Assembly: GCA_934675625.1 (NCBI GenBank)
Contig: CAKURH010000003.1
Coordinates: 4,503 to 68,502, forward strand
Length of the DNA: 64,000 nucleotides
Reading direction: 5' to 3'
Source: an uncultured Kiritimatiellota bacterium
GTDB lineage: Bacteria > Verrucomicrobiota > Kiritimatiellia > RFP12 > UBA1067
Below are positions 15,131-24,700 of the stretch, in pieces. The number at the start of each line of letters is the position of its first letter. Position 1 is the first letter of the stretch. Below the pieces are notes generated by a model, which ran no database searches, was not told where the DNA came from, and was given only the letters and a program-made list of their open reading frames with translations. The position numbers were made by a program, and so were the translations under genes.

Positions 15131-15348
15131 GCCTCGACCCTCTCGACTGTGATTTCGGGGTCGATCTCCTGCAAGCCCACCTCGATGCCCTGCTTGAGCG
15201 TCATCATCGCGAAGGGACAGCTGCCGCAGTGCCCAACGAGCTTGAGGTACACGACCTTGCCGTCGATCTTCACCAGTTCGAGGTCGCCGCCGTCGGCCTG
15301 AAGCCCGGCGCGCAGCTCCTCCAGTTTCGCCTTGATTTTCTCTTCCAT
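15127..15348 (-). CDS. NifU-like (Nfu C-terminal domain) Fe-S cluster scaffold/carrier protein
   Basis: MEEKIKAKLEELR...GGDLELV...VYLKLVGHCGSCP. The CxxC motif is present. The start sits 10 nt downstream of a TGGTATAAT box. Confidence 0.85.
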   Translation of the reverse strand: MEEKIKAKLEELRAGLQADGGDLELVKIDGKVVYLKLVGHCGSCPFAMMTLKQGIEVGLQEIDPEITVERVEA

Positions 15349-15358
15349 AATGGTTCGT

Positions 15359-15367
15359 ATTATACCA
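15359..15367 (-). promoter_or_regulatory. Extended -10 promoter TGGTATAAT (near-leaderless nifU-like transcript)
   Basis: The minus strand reads TGGTATAAT, followed by ACGAACCATT and then ATG (15348). Confidence 0.6.
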
Positions 15368-15436
15368 CGAATCGGCCTCGGCGGGCAATCGCCCGGCATG
15401 GCCGCAAAAAATGGGTGCGCCCGGCGGGCGTGGCCG

Positions 15437-16513
15437 TCAGTAGCCGCAGTCCATGATCGTCCGCTCGAAGCCGAACGTCGCGGCGATGAGCGCCGCGCGA
15501 ATCCACATGCCGTTGCGCATCTGCCGCCAGTACATCGCGCGCGGGTCGCGGTCGCAGCACGTCGCGATCTCGTCGCGGCGCGGCAGCGGATGGAGAATCG
15601 CGCCCGTCGGCTTCAGGAGCTTCAGCTCCTCCACACCGAACTTGAAGCGCGACGTGTCGATGCGCGCGGACGCGCCCTTCGACGAGTCCCACTCGTCCTG
15701 GATGCGCGTCATGTAGACCGCGTCGGAGATCTTCACCGCGTCGCGCAGGTTGTCGCAGACCTCGAAGGAGATGCCCTTCTTCGCGAGGATCATCACGACG
15801 TCCGCCGGCACCTGCAACTCCTGCGGCGCGACAAAGACCTGCTTCACGTCCCGGAAGTTCGTGAGGAGGTAGGAGAGCGAGCGCACCGTGCGCCCACGCA
15901 TGAGGTCGCCGCAGAACGTCACGGTCTTGCCGTCGATGCCGCCCGACTTCTCGAAGGAGCGCATCAGCGTGTAGATGTCAAGGAGCGCCTGCGTCGGGTG
16001 CTGGTCCTTGCCCGAGCCGGCGTTCAGGATCGGGATCGGGCGATCCGAGTTCGAGAGCTCCCACGCCATCTTTTCCGCGAGCCCCTGTTCGGGGCTGCGC
16101 ATGATGATCATGTCGAAGTAGGACGAGAAGGTGCGGATCGAGTCTTCCTTCGACTCGCCCTTGAACTCGGACGACGTCGACGCATCGCGCACGCTGCCCG
16201 TCGTGATGCCGAGCAGCTGGCAGGCGGCGAGGTGCGAGAGGAACGTGCGCGAGCTCGGCTGCGAGAAGTAGAGCATCGCGCGCTTGTGCGCGAGGACGTT
16301 CTTCAGGTAGAGCGCGCCTTCCTTCGACTTGTTGATGAAGCGGATGCGGTTCGCGAGCGCGCAGAGCCGTTCAAGCGTCGCGCGGTCGAACTGCTGCGCG
16401 AAGAGCGTGTGGTACGGCAAGCCGTCCCCTTCCTCACGCTCCAAATACGGACGCTTGGCGTCCAGTGAAAGTTTCGAGTAGTCTTCCCAGCTGATTTCCG
16501 TAAGTCTGTCCAT
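15437..16513 (-). CDS. pyrB: Aspartate carbamoyltransferase catalytic chain (PyrB-like, with ~35-aa N-terminal extension)
   Basis: Motifs SSRTF (for STRTR), FKGES, IMRSP, DQHPTQ, RGRTVRS, MTRIQ and HPLPRRDEI align with E. coli PyrB carbamoyl-phosphate and aspartate ligands. Confidence 0.8.
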   Translation of the reverse strand: MDRLTEISWEDYSKLSLDAKRPYLEREEGDGLPYHTLFAQQFDRATLERLCALANRIRFINKSKEGALYLKNVLAHKRAMLYFSQPSSRTFLSHLAACQLLGITTGSVRDASTSSEFKGESKEDSIRTFSSYFDMIIMRSPEQGLAEKMAWELSNSDRPIPILNAGSGKDQHPTQALLDIYTLMRSFEKSGGIDGKTVTFCGDLMRGRTVRSLSYLLTNFRDVKQVFVAPQELQVPADVVMILAKKGISFEVCDNLRDAVKISDAVYMTRIQDEWDSSKGASARIDTSRFKFGVEELKLLKPTGAILHPLPRRDEIATCCDRDPRAMYWRQMRNGMWIRAALIAATFGFERTIMDCGY

Positions 16514-16551
16514 CTTTTCGTTCCCCGAAGGTTTGCAGTCCTTGGTCGCTT

Positions 16552-16560
16552 ATTATAGCA
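16552..16560 (-). promoter_or_regulatory. Extended -10 promoter TGCTATAAT upstream of pyrB-like gene
   Basis: The minus strand reads TGCTATAAT ~38 nt upstream of ATG 16513. Confidence 0.6.
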
Positions 16561-16587
16561 TAATCGCCGCTGTCCCGCGTGGTTGCC

Positions 16588-17445
16588 TCACAGCCGTTCC
16601 AGCAGCGGCGCGATGAACGCCTCCGAGACGCGCATGCCGAGCGGAATCGACGGCTTGTTCGCCCCGTGGAAGTCGCTGCCGGCGGACTTGATAAGGCCGA
16701 GACGGGTCGCCATGCGCGTGAACTCGACGTTCTCCTCCGGCCGGTTCGCCCGATAGAGCGACTCCAGCCCGTCCAGCCCCTTCTCCTTCAGCACCGCCAG
16801 TTCGCGCTCGGCCGCCGCAAACTCGCAGCCGACGTGCTGCCACGGCACGCGCCAGTACTTCGGGTGCGCCATCACGCAGAGTCCGCCGGCCGCGTGGACG
16901 ACGGCGAACGCCTCTTCCTGCGGTGGATGGTAGCGTTCCTCGTAGCAGCGCGTCGCGACGGGCGACTCGGGCAGCAGGTAGGTCTCGAACGCCGCGAAGA
17001 TCGACTTCGCGTAGCCGTGCTCCACGAGCCACCGCGCGAAATGTGGACGCGCCAAGACGTCGCCGTGGGCGTAGGACGCGATCTCAGCGCCCATCTCGAT
17101 GCCGAGCCGCCGGAAGTTCGCGAGAATCTGCTCGTTGCGCGCGTTGCGCCCGTCGAGGATTCGCCGCTGGAACGCCTTCAGCGCGGCGTTCGCAGGGTCG
17201 ATGCCGAGCCCCAGCAGGTGGAAGCGGTCGAACGTCCGCCCCGGCTCGATGCTCAGCTCGACGCCGGCAATCGTCCGCACGCTCCGCCGCGCGCCCGCCG
17301 ACAGGAACGCCGCCACGCCGTCCGCATTGTCGTGGTCGGTAAGCGCAAGCGCGGCAAACCCCTCCCGCGCGGCCTTTTCGACGAGTTCGCACGGCGAAAA
17401 CGTGCCGTCCGACGCCGTCGAGTGAACATGGAAGTCAACCGTCAT
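16588..17445 (-). CDS. PHP-domain metal-dependent phosphoesterase (TrpH/YciV-like)
   Basis: N-terminal MTVDFHVHSTASDG, plus LALTDHD and MAHP motifs. The length and architecture are typical of the family. Confidence 0.85.
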   Translation of the reverse strand: MTVDFHVHSTASDGTFSPCELVEKAAREGFAALALTDHDNADGVAAFLSAGARRSVRTIAGVELSIEPGRTFDRFHLLGLGIDPANAALKAFQRRILDGRNARNEQILANFRRLGIEMGAEIASYAHGDVLARPHFARWLVEHGYAKSIFAAFETYLLPESPVATRCYEERYHPPQEEAFAVVHAAGGLCVMAHPKYWRVPWQHVGCEFAAAERELAVLKEKGLDGLESLYRANRPEENVEFTRMATRLGLIKSAGSDFHGANKPSIPLGMRVSEAFIAPLLERL

Positions 17446-17475
17446 GAAACGTTCGCCCTGTGCGCCTCCCCTGTC

Positions 17476-18474
17476 TCAGCCGATTCCAATTGCCCGCGAC
17501 AGGGCCGCAACCCACGCCGCACATTTCGCGGCGGCGTCCGCCTCGACCAAGAGCCGCAGGTAGGGCTCGGTGTTCGACTTGCGCACGCTGATCCAGCCGT
17601 CCGCAAATTCGAGGCGCACGCCGTCAATCTCGCTGCGCCCCGTCTCAGCGCCGAACGCGCGGGCGGCCGCAAGCGCGCGCGCAATGGCCGCATCCTTGTC
17701 CTCGACCCTGAAGTTGAGCTCGCCCGAATTCGCGTAGCGCGAGACGATGGGGCGCATCAGCTCGGAAAACGTCTCGCCGCGCGCCTTCGCGGCGGCGACC
17801 GCACCGAGAACCCGCAGTGCCGCAAGCGCGCCCGAATCGCAGCCGAAGAACTCGCCAAAATAGTAGTGGCCCGCGAGTTCGCCGCCGCAGAGCGCGTTCA
17901 GCTCGCGCATCTTCGGCTTCGCGAACGCATGCCCGACCGGCACCATCACCGGCACGAAGCCCTCCTCGCGCAACGTCTCGATCGCCCCGCGCGACGTGCG
18001 CACGTCATGCAGAACAATCGGCCTCTCGCCCAGTGTGATGGACGCCTGTGCCTGCCGGTTCTGTGCGGCGGGCGCGTTCGCCCGCCGCGTCGCTTCGGCG
18101 ACAACGGGAATCAGGTAGTCGGGCTGGACGAACGCGCCGTTCTCGTCGACGAACATCGCGCGGTCGGCATCGCCGTCGAAAATGACGCCGCAGTCAAGCC
18201 TCTTGTCTCTCACGCACGCGGCGACCTGCGCGCGCGCCTCAGCCTTGAGCGGATTCGGCGAATGGTTCGGGAACGTCCCATCCAGCGTGTCGTTGAGCAC
18301 GACCGCGCCCGGAAACAGGTCGTGCACGAGCAGCGACGCCATGCCGTTCGAGCAGTCGACGGCGAAGCGGAGCCCGTCAAGTTTCGGCTTCCGCCCTTTC
18401 ATCCAGTCCAGATAGCGCGCGCGAAAGTCCATGTCCGCCGACCTTTCTCCGTAATCAGGCGAACCCCAGGACAT
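17476..18474 (-). CDS. Phosphomannomutase/phosphoglucomutase family protein lacking domain I (N-terminally truncated; possible pseudogene)
   Basis: Contains the metal loop FDGDADR, the sugar loop GGELAGHYYF and the phosphate loop RKSNTEP (domains II-IV). It has no TASHNP-type phosphoserine domain. Its 5' end is overlapped by the dapB 3' end. Confidence 0.65.
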   Translation of the reverse strand: MSWGSPDYGERSADMDFRARYLDWMKGRKPKLDGLRFAVDCSNGMASLLVHDLFPGAVVLNDTLDGTFPNHSPNPLKAEARAQVAACVRDKRLDCGVIFDGDADRAMFVDENGAFVQPDYLIPVVAEATRRANAPAAQNRQAQASITLGERPIVLHDVRTSRGAIETLREEGFVPVMVPVGHAFAKPKMRELNALCGGELAGHYYFGEFFGCDSGALAALRVLGAVAAAKARGETFSELMRPIVSRYANSGELNFRVEDKDAAIARALAAARAFGAETGRSEIDGVRLEFADGWISVRKSNTEPYLRLLVEADAAAKCAAWVAALSRAIGIG

Positions 18475-19180
18475 GGCGCATCGTGTAGATGCCGGGGGCC
18501 TGTCCCCGCGCCCAGACGAGCGCCTTCAGCGCGCCGGCGGCGAACGCCGCGCGATCCTGCGCCTTGTGCGTCAGCTCGACGCGCTCAAGGTCGCCCGCAA
18601 ACATGACGGTGTGGTCGCCGACGACCGCGCCGCCGCGCAGCGCGTGAATCGCAATCTCGCCGACGGGACGTTCCCCGATGTCGCCGTGGCGGCCGAAGAC
18701 GAAATCGTCGCCCAGTCCGCGCCCCTGCGCCGCCGCCTTGGCCAGCATGAGCGCCGTGCCCGACGGCGCGTCCTTCTTATGGCGGTGGTGCATTTCCGTC
18801 ACCTCGATGTCGTAGGCGGGCCCCAGCACCGTCGCCGCCCGCTGGACAAGCTCCAGCAGGAGGTTCACGCCGAGCGAATAGTTGCCGCTCTGCACGACCG
18901 GGATCTTCTGCGCGGCGGCATCCACGACCTTCTGCTCGTCGGGCATGAGGCCCGTCGTGCCAATCACATACGGGATTCCCTGCTCGGCCGCCTGCGCGAC
19001 GAAGCCGGGCACGCCCGCGTGATACGAGAAGTCGATGACGCCCTCGGTCTCCTTCGGCCATGTTCGGTCGTAGCCCTCCGCCACGTCGACCTTGGCAACG
19101 ACCTCCAGCCCGGCGTCCTGCGCCAGCTCAACCAGTTTCTTTCCCATGCGCCCGGCGGCGCCGACAAGTGCGATTTTCAT
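18455..19180 (-). CDS. dapB: 4-hydroxy-tetrahydrodipicolinate reductase
   Basis: MKIALVGAAGRMG (NAD(P) fold), EMHHRHKKDAPSGTA signature, full length at 241 aa. Confidence 0.92.
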   Translation of the reverse strand: MKIALVGAAGRMGKKLVELAQDAGLEVVAKVDVAEGYDRTWPKETEGVIDFSYHAGVPGFVAQAAEQGIPYVIGTTGLMPDEQKVVDAAAQKIPVVQSGNYSLGVNLLLELVQRAATVLGPAYDIEVTEMHHRHKKDAPSGTALMLAKAAAQGRGLGDDFVFGRHGDIGERPVGEIAIHALRGGAVVGDHTVMFAGDLERVELTHKAQDRAAFAAGALKALVWARGQAPGIYTMRHVLGFA

Positions 19181-19212
19181 GTGTCTTCTCCCATCTCCGC
19201 TGTTGAGGCCGT

Positions 19213-19221
19213 ATTATAGCA
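19213..19221 (-). promoter_or_regulatory. Extended -10 promoter TGCTATAAT upstream of dapB
   Basis: The minus strand reads TGCTATAAT ~32 nt upstream of ATG 19180, with GGGAGAAG as the SD. Confidence 0.6.
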
Positions 19222-19334
19222 AAATCATCCCCAGCCGTCTTGACGCGGGCTTTCAGGGTTTCCATGCGCCCGTGGGGGGCTGACCACACTTTCCCGCCGA
19301 TTTCACGACGTCCGTCGCCCGCGTTCCCTTCGCA

Positions 19335-19877
19335 TCAGGCCGCTTCAGGGCTTTCGGGAAGAGGCGGCGGGCGGGGCGCAGGAGGCCGAAGAGGTTCGAG
19401 ACGAGCCGAAGCGAATCGTGCCGCTTGGCCGTCGCCGGGGCGCGCGTCGCCGAGAAGTCCGTCCCCGCGCGGAAGCGGAGGCCACGCGCGGCCGCCGATG
19501 CGGCGACCCACGCCCGCGAGCGCGTGGTCGTCCTCGTAAAGCCCGCCGACGTCGCTGTGGACACCAGGAAACAGCGCCTCCTCGACCTGCCCGCCCCGGA
19601 GCGGCACGTAGGCGTAGAAGCACCGCGCCTCGTGTTCGGCGACGGCGTGGCGCGCGAAGCGCACGTTCGCCGGACAGTCCTCCGCGACGGCAAGCCCCGG
19701 CGTCGCGTCCACCGTGTCCCAGAGGCCGAGGTATTCGACCCGCTTCGCCGCCCCGGCGTCAACCGCGTCGCCCGCATTGAGGGGATAGTTGTAGTAGCCG
19801 GGCCAGCGCTCCAGCTGCCCCGCCCGGTACGTCCCGACGAGGACGACCCTCTTCCCTGTCTTCACCTTGAAACTCAT
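19335..19877 (-). pseudogene. Remnant of a DUF2235 (Tle1-like alpha/beta-hydrolase/lipase) gene lacking the nucleophile half
   Basis: Retains YLGLWDTV, HAVAEHEAR-F and FPGVHSDVGGLY, which are C-terminal-half DUF2235 motifs. It has no GxSxG region, the N-terminal 50 aa are unrelated, and the tail is Pro/Arg-rich and low-complexity. Confidence 0.5.
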
Positions 19878-19893
19878 GCCCGTATTATACCAT
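19867..19893. repeat. 27-bp direct repeat copy 1 (TTGAAACTCATGCCCGTATTATACCAT)
   Basis: Identical to 25040..25066. It contains the -10 box plus the first 11 nt of the ORF (ATGAGTTTCAA). Confidence 0.9.
19884..19892 (-). promoter_or_regulatory. Extended -10 promoter TGGTATAAT giving a leaderless transcript
   Basis: TGGTATAAT-ACGGGC-ATG(19877). Only 6 nt separate the -10 from the start codon. Confidence 0.55.
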
Positions 19894-20289
19894 CTTGTCC
19901 GCGCCCCCGCGTCGCGCCAACAACCTCAAGCGCCCAACGCCAGCCTGTCGTGCCGGGCTGGGCCGTCGCCGGGGATAGGCGGGAGGGACGCGCTTGTCGC
20001 GTCCGTTCGCCCCCCTGACTTTACCACAGAGCACACAGAAAGTCGCGAAGGTTTTGCAATGACCTCATGTTTCCCTAAAGCCCTCGGATCCGCTCGGCAA
20101 CCGTCTTCCGGCTGACGCGCGATTCAACAACCGATTTCATGACACCCGCCATCTCCCACATCTGTTTCATTCATCGATCTCACATTTTGTTATGCGCCAC
20201 GCGCCATTTCGGTTTTCCAATCTATAGATGCGGCAATAAATCAGGTTGATTTTTCCCGATGTGAAGACAACTCCGATGATCGGCTTTCT

Positions 20290-20745
20290 TCATTTAGACC
20301 CTGCGTCTTGAGAGGCAAGTGGAAGCAGCTGCAATCCGTAGAGACATCTACCTTTTGTCATGCGCACCGCCATGGCTGTTGGTTCGGGCACGGAAACCAA
20401 GCACGCGGAATTCGTGGTGAAAGATGCTCCCATCGAGCGGAAATCTTTTTTGTACGCCAAGCGGAAACTCACAGCCTCTTGCGTGTTGCGCATCGGTATG
20501 AATGACAGCGAAAGATGCCGGTCACAAACCATGAATTCTGAATCACAAGGCACAGAAACAGCCTCTCCATACCGACTGATCTGAGGATCATGGCCGCCAA
20601 TCGCGTAAAGGTAGCGTCCTCCTGACTTCTTGAATGTGAACACGACATTTGTGCCTGTGGACTCAATGGAATCAAAGAATGACTTTAACGTGGCTTCCGT
20701 GATTTCCGGTTGCTGTACGGCTACGCTTCCACCCTGCGCAAGCAT
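20290..20745 (-). CDS. Hypothetical protein (151 aa), third gene of the low-GC island
   Basis: Track ORF 20290..20994 trimmed to MLAQGGSVAVQQ (ATG 20745, GGAAGGGGA upstream). It overlaps the upstream stop by 25 nt. I recognise no motif. Confidence 0.5.
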   Translation of the reverse strand: MLAQGGSVAVQQPEITEATLKSFFDSIESTGTNVVFTFKKSGGRYLYAIGGHDPQISRYGEAVSVPCDSEFMVCDRHLSLSFIPMRNTQEAVSFRLAYKKDFRSMGASFTTNSACLVSVPEPTAMAVRMTKGRCLYGLQLLPLASQDAGSK

Positions 20746-21743
20746 TCCCCTTCCGTTAACGCTTGCAACAGCCGCTTGCCAAACGTCGTCTTGATTTCGG
20801 ATACAGGCTTCAGAATCTTCGGGCAGCGCAAGACGGCCGCCGCATACCCCTTCGCGTCGTCCCCATCGACGAGATAGGCGAGATAGACGAGTTCGGACAC
20901 TTCCTCCGCCGACAGATGCATCAGCACGGAATTGCCGGCCTGAATGCTTTTCAACCGCTCCATGTGCCGCTCCTTCGGCTCCAAGCCACGCCACGTCAAG
21001 CCCAGAGTTTCGGGAAGCTGATAGTCTACCTGAAAGTCACAGCCTTCGTTCATGCGGAACACGCGATTTGAGAATGCAGCCTCTACCTTGAGTTTCTGCA
21101 TGGCCTGCCGTGACACCATGTTTGTGTAGCCAAGACCAAGAATTCCCGTGAGCGTTTTCTCGCTGGGATGCCATTTGTTCGGCTTTAGTCGAGCCATGTC
21201 CAGTTGAGTCTCTGGCGTCAGCAACATCAAGTGAACGAATTCATCCATGTAAGACTGGTATGGGTCATACGGCGGAAGGTATTTCCAGATCATTCGCCCT
21301 GTCACCCAAACACGCTTTCCCGCCCTCGGATTGCTTCGCGTTCCCTCGTCGAAATAGCAAAAACTCGACGGGGGGGCGATGAGGCCAAAAACATCAAATA
21401 GCGGCGGCAGAGCCTGTGCGCGCCGCGCAGTCTCATAGAGATAGCATCTCCTGTATCCGCCAACGGATACATCGCCCTTCAAGACTTCAACGCAGTATTT
21501 TTCATGCAGTCCAAGTTCTCGTCCCAGAGCGCGAGTGATCAGTGGCAAGTGCCGCTTGTCCTCTTGATGCGACGGCTCATGCATCAGCGCGATTTGCGCC
21601 CCCCTTAGGCAATTCGTGATTTCAGCGACGACAAATTCTTGAATCTCCGTCGAGGCATCGTCAAATCGGAAAGGCACGGCGTTCCCATCTAGGACAAACG
21701 CCAGCAGTCCTGACACGACAAATGCGAATCGAATGCATTTCAT
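20721..21743 (-). CDS. Hypothetical secreted/membrane-anchored protein (340 aa), second gene of the island
   Basis: N-terminal hydrophobic segment MKCIRFAFVVSGLLAFVL. ATGA overlap with the TSP3 gene stop (21740-21743). Codon usage matches the island. No recognisable domain. Confidence 0.6.
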   Translation of the reverse strand: MKCIRFAFVVSGLLAFVLDGNAVPFRFDDASTEIQEFVVAEITNCLRGAQIALMHEPSHQEDKRHLPLITRALGRELGLHEKYCVEVLKGDVSVGGYRRCYLYETARRAQALPPLFDVFGLIAPPSSFCYFDEGTRSNPRAGKRVWVTGRMIWKYLPPYDPYQSYMDEFVHLMLLTPETQLDMARLKPNKWHPSEKTLTGILGLGYTNMVSRQAMQKLKVEAAFSNRVFRMNEGCDFQVDYQLPETLGLTWRGLEPKERHMERLKSIQAGNSVLMHLSAEEVSELVYLAYLVDGDDAKGYAAAVLRCPKILKPVSEIKTTFGKRLLQALTEGECLRRVEA

Positions 21744-24700
21744 GGTTGCTCTCCTTCTTTTACATAGGCCGGATGGACATGATTAATCGGATTGGAACCA
21801 TAGGCTTCCTCATACGAGCAATGGTACCTGTAAGCGGCATTGTAGTTCAAATGGCGTTTGACCGAATATTCCATAAAACCACGGTCTTCAAACCTAATCC
21901 TCAAGGATTCGGCCAATTCCTGATTCACGGCCCTGGCAATCACCGCATCTGCGTTGTCTTCCGCATCTTGCCGTGTCTCGCCCTTCACAATCCATGTTGA
22001 AGTCACAACATTCTGATTCGAGATCGCCTGTTGCGAAACGAAATACTTTAAGCCCTTTATCGTATAGCAGTCCCCTTGTCCGCCTTGAGATGTCGGAACC
22101 TCGCCCCTCACTTGTTTGATGTGAAACTCTTCCTCGGCTCGTACCTTGTCCGCATATTGCCCCGTCCATGTAAAGTTCTGTCCGTCCGGTTCGGTATAGA
22201 TGGAACCTTCCTCAAACTGAAAGGGCTTGAAGACTATTTCACAATACCAATAGTCTTCGCTTGTCGAATGATAGAACTTCGCCTCTCCGCGATGCGTATC
22301 GTTTCCAGTCGGTGGCAACACCAAGGAATGCGCATTTGACTCCGGCCATCCGACAGGACATTTCCTTGAAAGGACAGTTAACCCGTTCTCGCGCAAATCA
22401 AACGCATATTCATGGTGGTATTTGGCGCAATCTCGGTCCGGGAGAACGCCGTACCAATAGATGGGCGATGTCCGCCAAATATGGGTGCCGGTCTTCTCCG
22501 TCGTCACGGTTGTGCCGTGATTGTCATTTACAAGCGTCCCACTTCCAACGGGCCTACAAAGCAATTCAAAGTTTCTGATAGTCAGAGCCGAACCTGTGAC
22601 ACAGGGCTCGACACGGACTGTTGCCGTACGGCTGTCGATCAGCTCCCCATCTTGACACACATCATACGGCATTATCCTGTCTGACCGGACGACGAGTTTG
22701 ACAACATCCAGATAAGCCGCCTTGCTCTCGCCTGAAAAACGGGTGCTCGTGTTGTCGTCCGTGACGAACAGTCCCTTTGGGTCGTCCAGAAAAACGCCGG
22801 ACGTCTGGTCGGTGTCCACCAACAGGAGGCGATAGTCATAATCCGGGTATCCTTCGCCGGAATTTTTGCAAGCCGCCCATCTGAGCTTCACCTCATACCG
22901 CCAGCCAGGCTTAAGCGCAGCCGTCTTCGTCTCGCACTCGCCATACTCTCGGTTCAGGAACACATGCGAACGCGGTAACGGCCCATTCCCAGAGCCCGTC
23001 ACCGGGATGACTGCAAGCGAATACTTCTCGGAACTGCTGCCGCTCGGATCGCCAAACTCCAGACGTACAGGTCTGCAGCTGCCGGGCCTTCCGACGTCCG
23101 ACGCATCGAGAGGATCGCTGGCACCCAGAGCCTCGGCACCGTCCGACACGCCATCTCCGTCGGTATCGGATTGATTCGGGTTCGTCCCCCAGTCGTTTTC
23201 TTCGCCATTCGTCAAGCCATCACCATCGGGGTCGGCATCGGCATCATTGTCAGGGTCTGCGTCCGTGTTGTTGTCCACGGTCGGGTCATACCCCGACTCA
23301 TCTTCCCAGCCATCCGTCAGCCCGTCACCATCCGTATCAGGCTGTCGCGGATCTGTGCCGAGCAACAGCTCAAAGCCGTCATTCAAGCCATCATAATCCG
23401 TATCAGAACGAAACGGGTCTGTTCTGCGACTGATTTCCGCGCCGTCCTTCAGCCCATCGCCGTCTGTGTCGGGGTTGGTCGGGCTTGTCCCGTACACGTT
23501 CACTTCCTGACCATCCGAGAGCCCGTCCCCATCCGTGTCGGCACGGAGCGGATCCGACCCGTGCCCCAGGCGGTACTCGACCGTCGTCCCCGGCAGGATC
23601 GGCCCGCGCTCGGCGAAGTCCCACGTCAGGTTGTAGAGCCCGTCCGGCGTGACGATGCGCCGGACCTGCACGCCGACGACGGCATCCGATCCGTCAAGCC
23701 AGACGTCCGACGCAAGGTAGCTCACGCGCACGACGGAACCAGTCCCGCCGGGGACGATGACCTGATAGGTCATCCTGCGGTCGTCGGACGTCCCTCGCAG
23801 CCTCACGTTGCGGTATTCGACGACGAAGCAGCCGTTGCTCTCGACGATCCCCGTCCGCATGCACGACGAGGCGTCGCCGTCGACCAGCGCCGTGCTGCAC
23901 CAGTAGGGCGCAACCAGGATGTCGCCCATGCTGTAGGTCCCCCTGTCCAGCGGCGTCGCGAGTTCGGGGAAGACAAGAGCAACGTTCGATCCGGGCGCAT
24001 CCAGGTACATAACCCCGTTGTCGAAGCACACCGCCTTCGACATCAGGCTGCCAAGGACCGTCAGGCCGTCAGGCAGCGAAGCGATCGCTAACGCCCCCCA
24101 GTAGCTGTGCAGACCCTCTCCGTATGAGGTTCCGTAGACCGTCGCCCAGCCCGACGTGTCGTACCACTCGAAAGCGTCCGTCCTGACGATGCATCCCGTC
24201 TCCACGCCGTCCGCGAGCCCGTCGCCGTCGGTGTCTGCGCCCAGGGGGTCTGTCCCCAGGGCAACCTCATCGCCGTCGCCCAGCCCGTCCCCGTCCGTGT
24301 CGGGGTTCGCGGGGCCTGTCCCCAGCGTCCACGCCTCATAGGCGTCCGAGAGGCCGTCGCCGTCCGAGTCGTCCTGCGTGGCGAGCCGGAAGAACGCCGC
24401 GCGTTCCATCGCGTTCGTCTGGAAGCTGTCAATGCCGATCTCGACAGCCGCGGGGGACTGCGCGCCGGACACGTCGACCTGCGCGAGGCGCGTCCAGCCG
24501 CCCGATGCCAGCTGCCAGTGCCCAAAGACGTCGAGACGGCCGTTGGGCAGGGAGAGGCCGTCCGGCCACGCCACCCCCAGCGTCACCGTGTCAGTTCCCC
24601 TCTCGATTCCATAGAAACAGGGGTTTGTCACCGAAGACAATGTGAGGTTGCTGTCGCTTAATGCGGAGTTGTTGGAGGCGGGGAGGCGCGGAGGGTCTTT

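Noticed and set aside
15437-16513. PyrB-like protein as an inactive ATCase paralog (STRTR changed to SSRTF, H106-equivalent changed to S, N-terminal extension)
   Set aside because: Most carbamoyl-phosphate and aspartate ligands are retained (S, R, T of the first loop, K84, R105, H134, Q137, R167, R229, Q231, HPLP). The evidence for loss of function is insufficient, so it is annotated as pyrB with moderate confidence.
23102-24373. Repetitive DNA in the 23.1-24.4 kb region as a possible CRISPR or non-coding repeat array
   Set aside because: The repeats are in-frame thrombospondin type-3 Ca-binding units (DTDGDGLxDGxE) inside a continuous ORF. There is no repeat-spacer periodicity and there are no cas genes.
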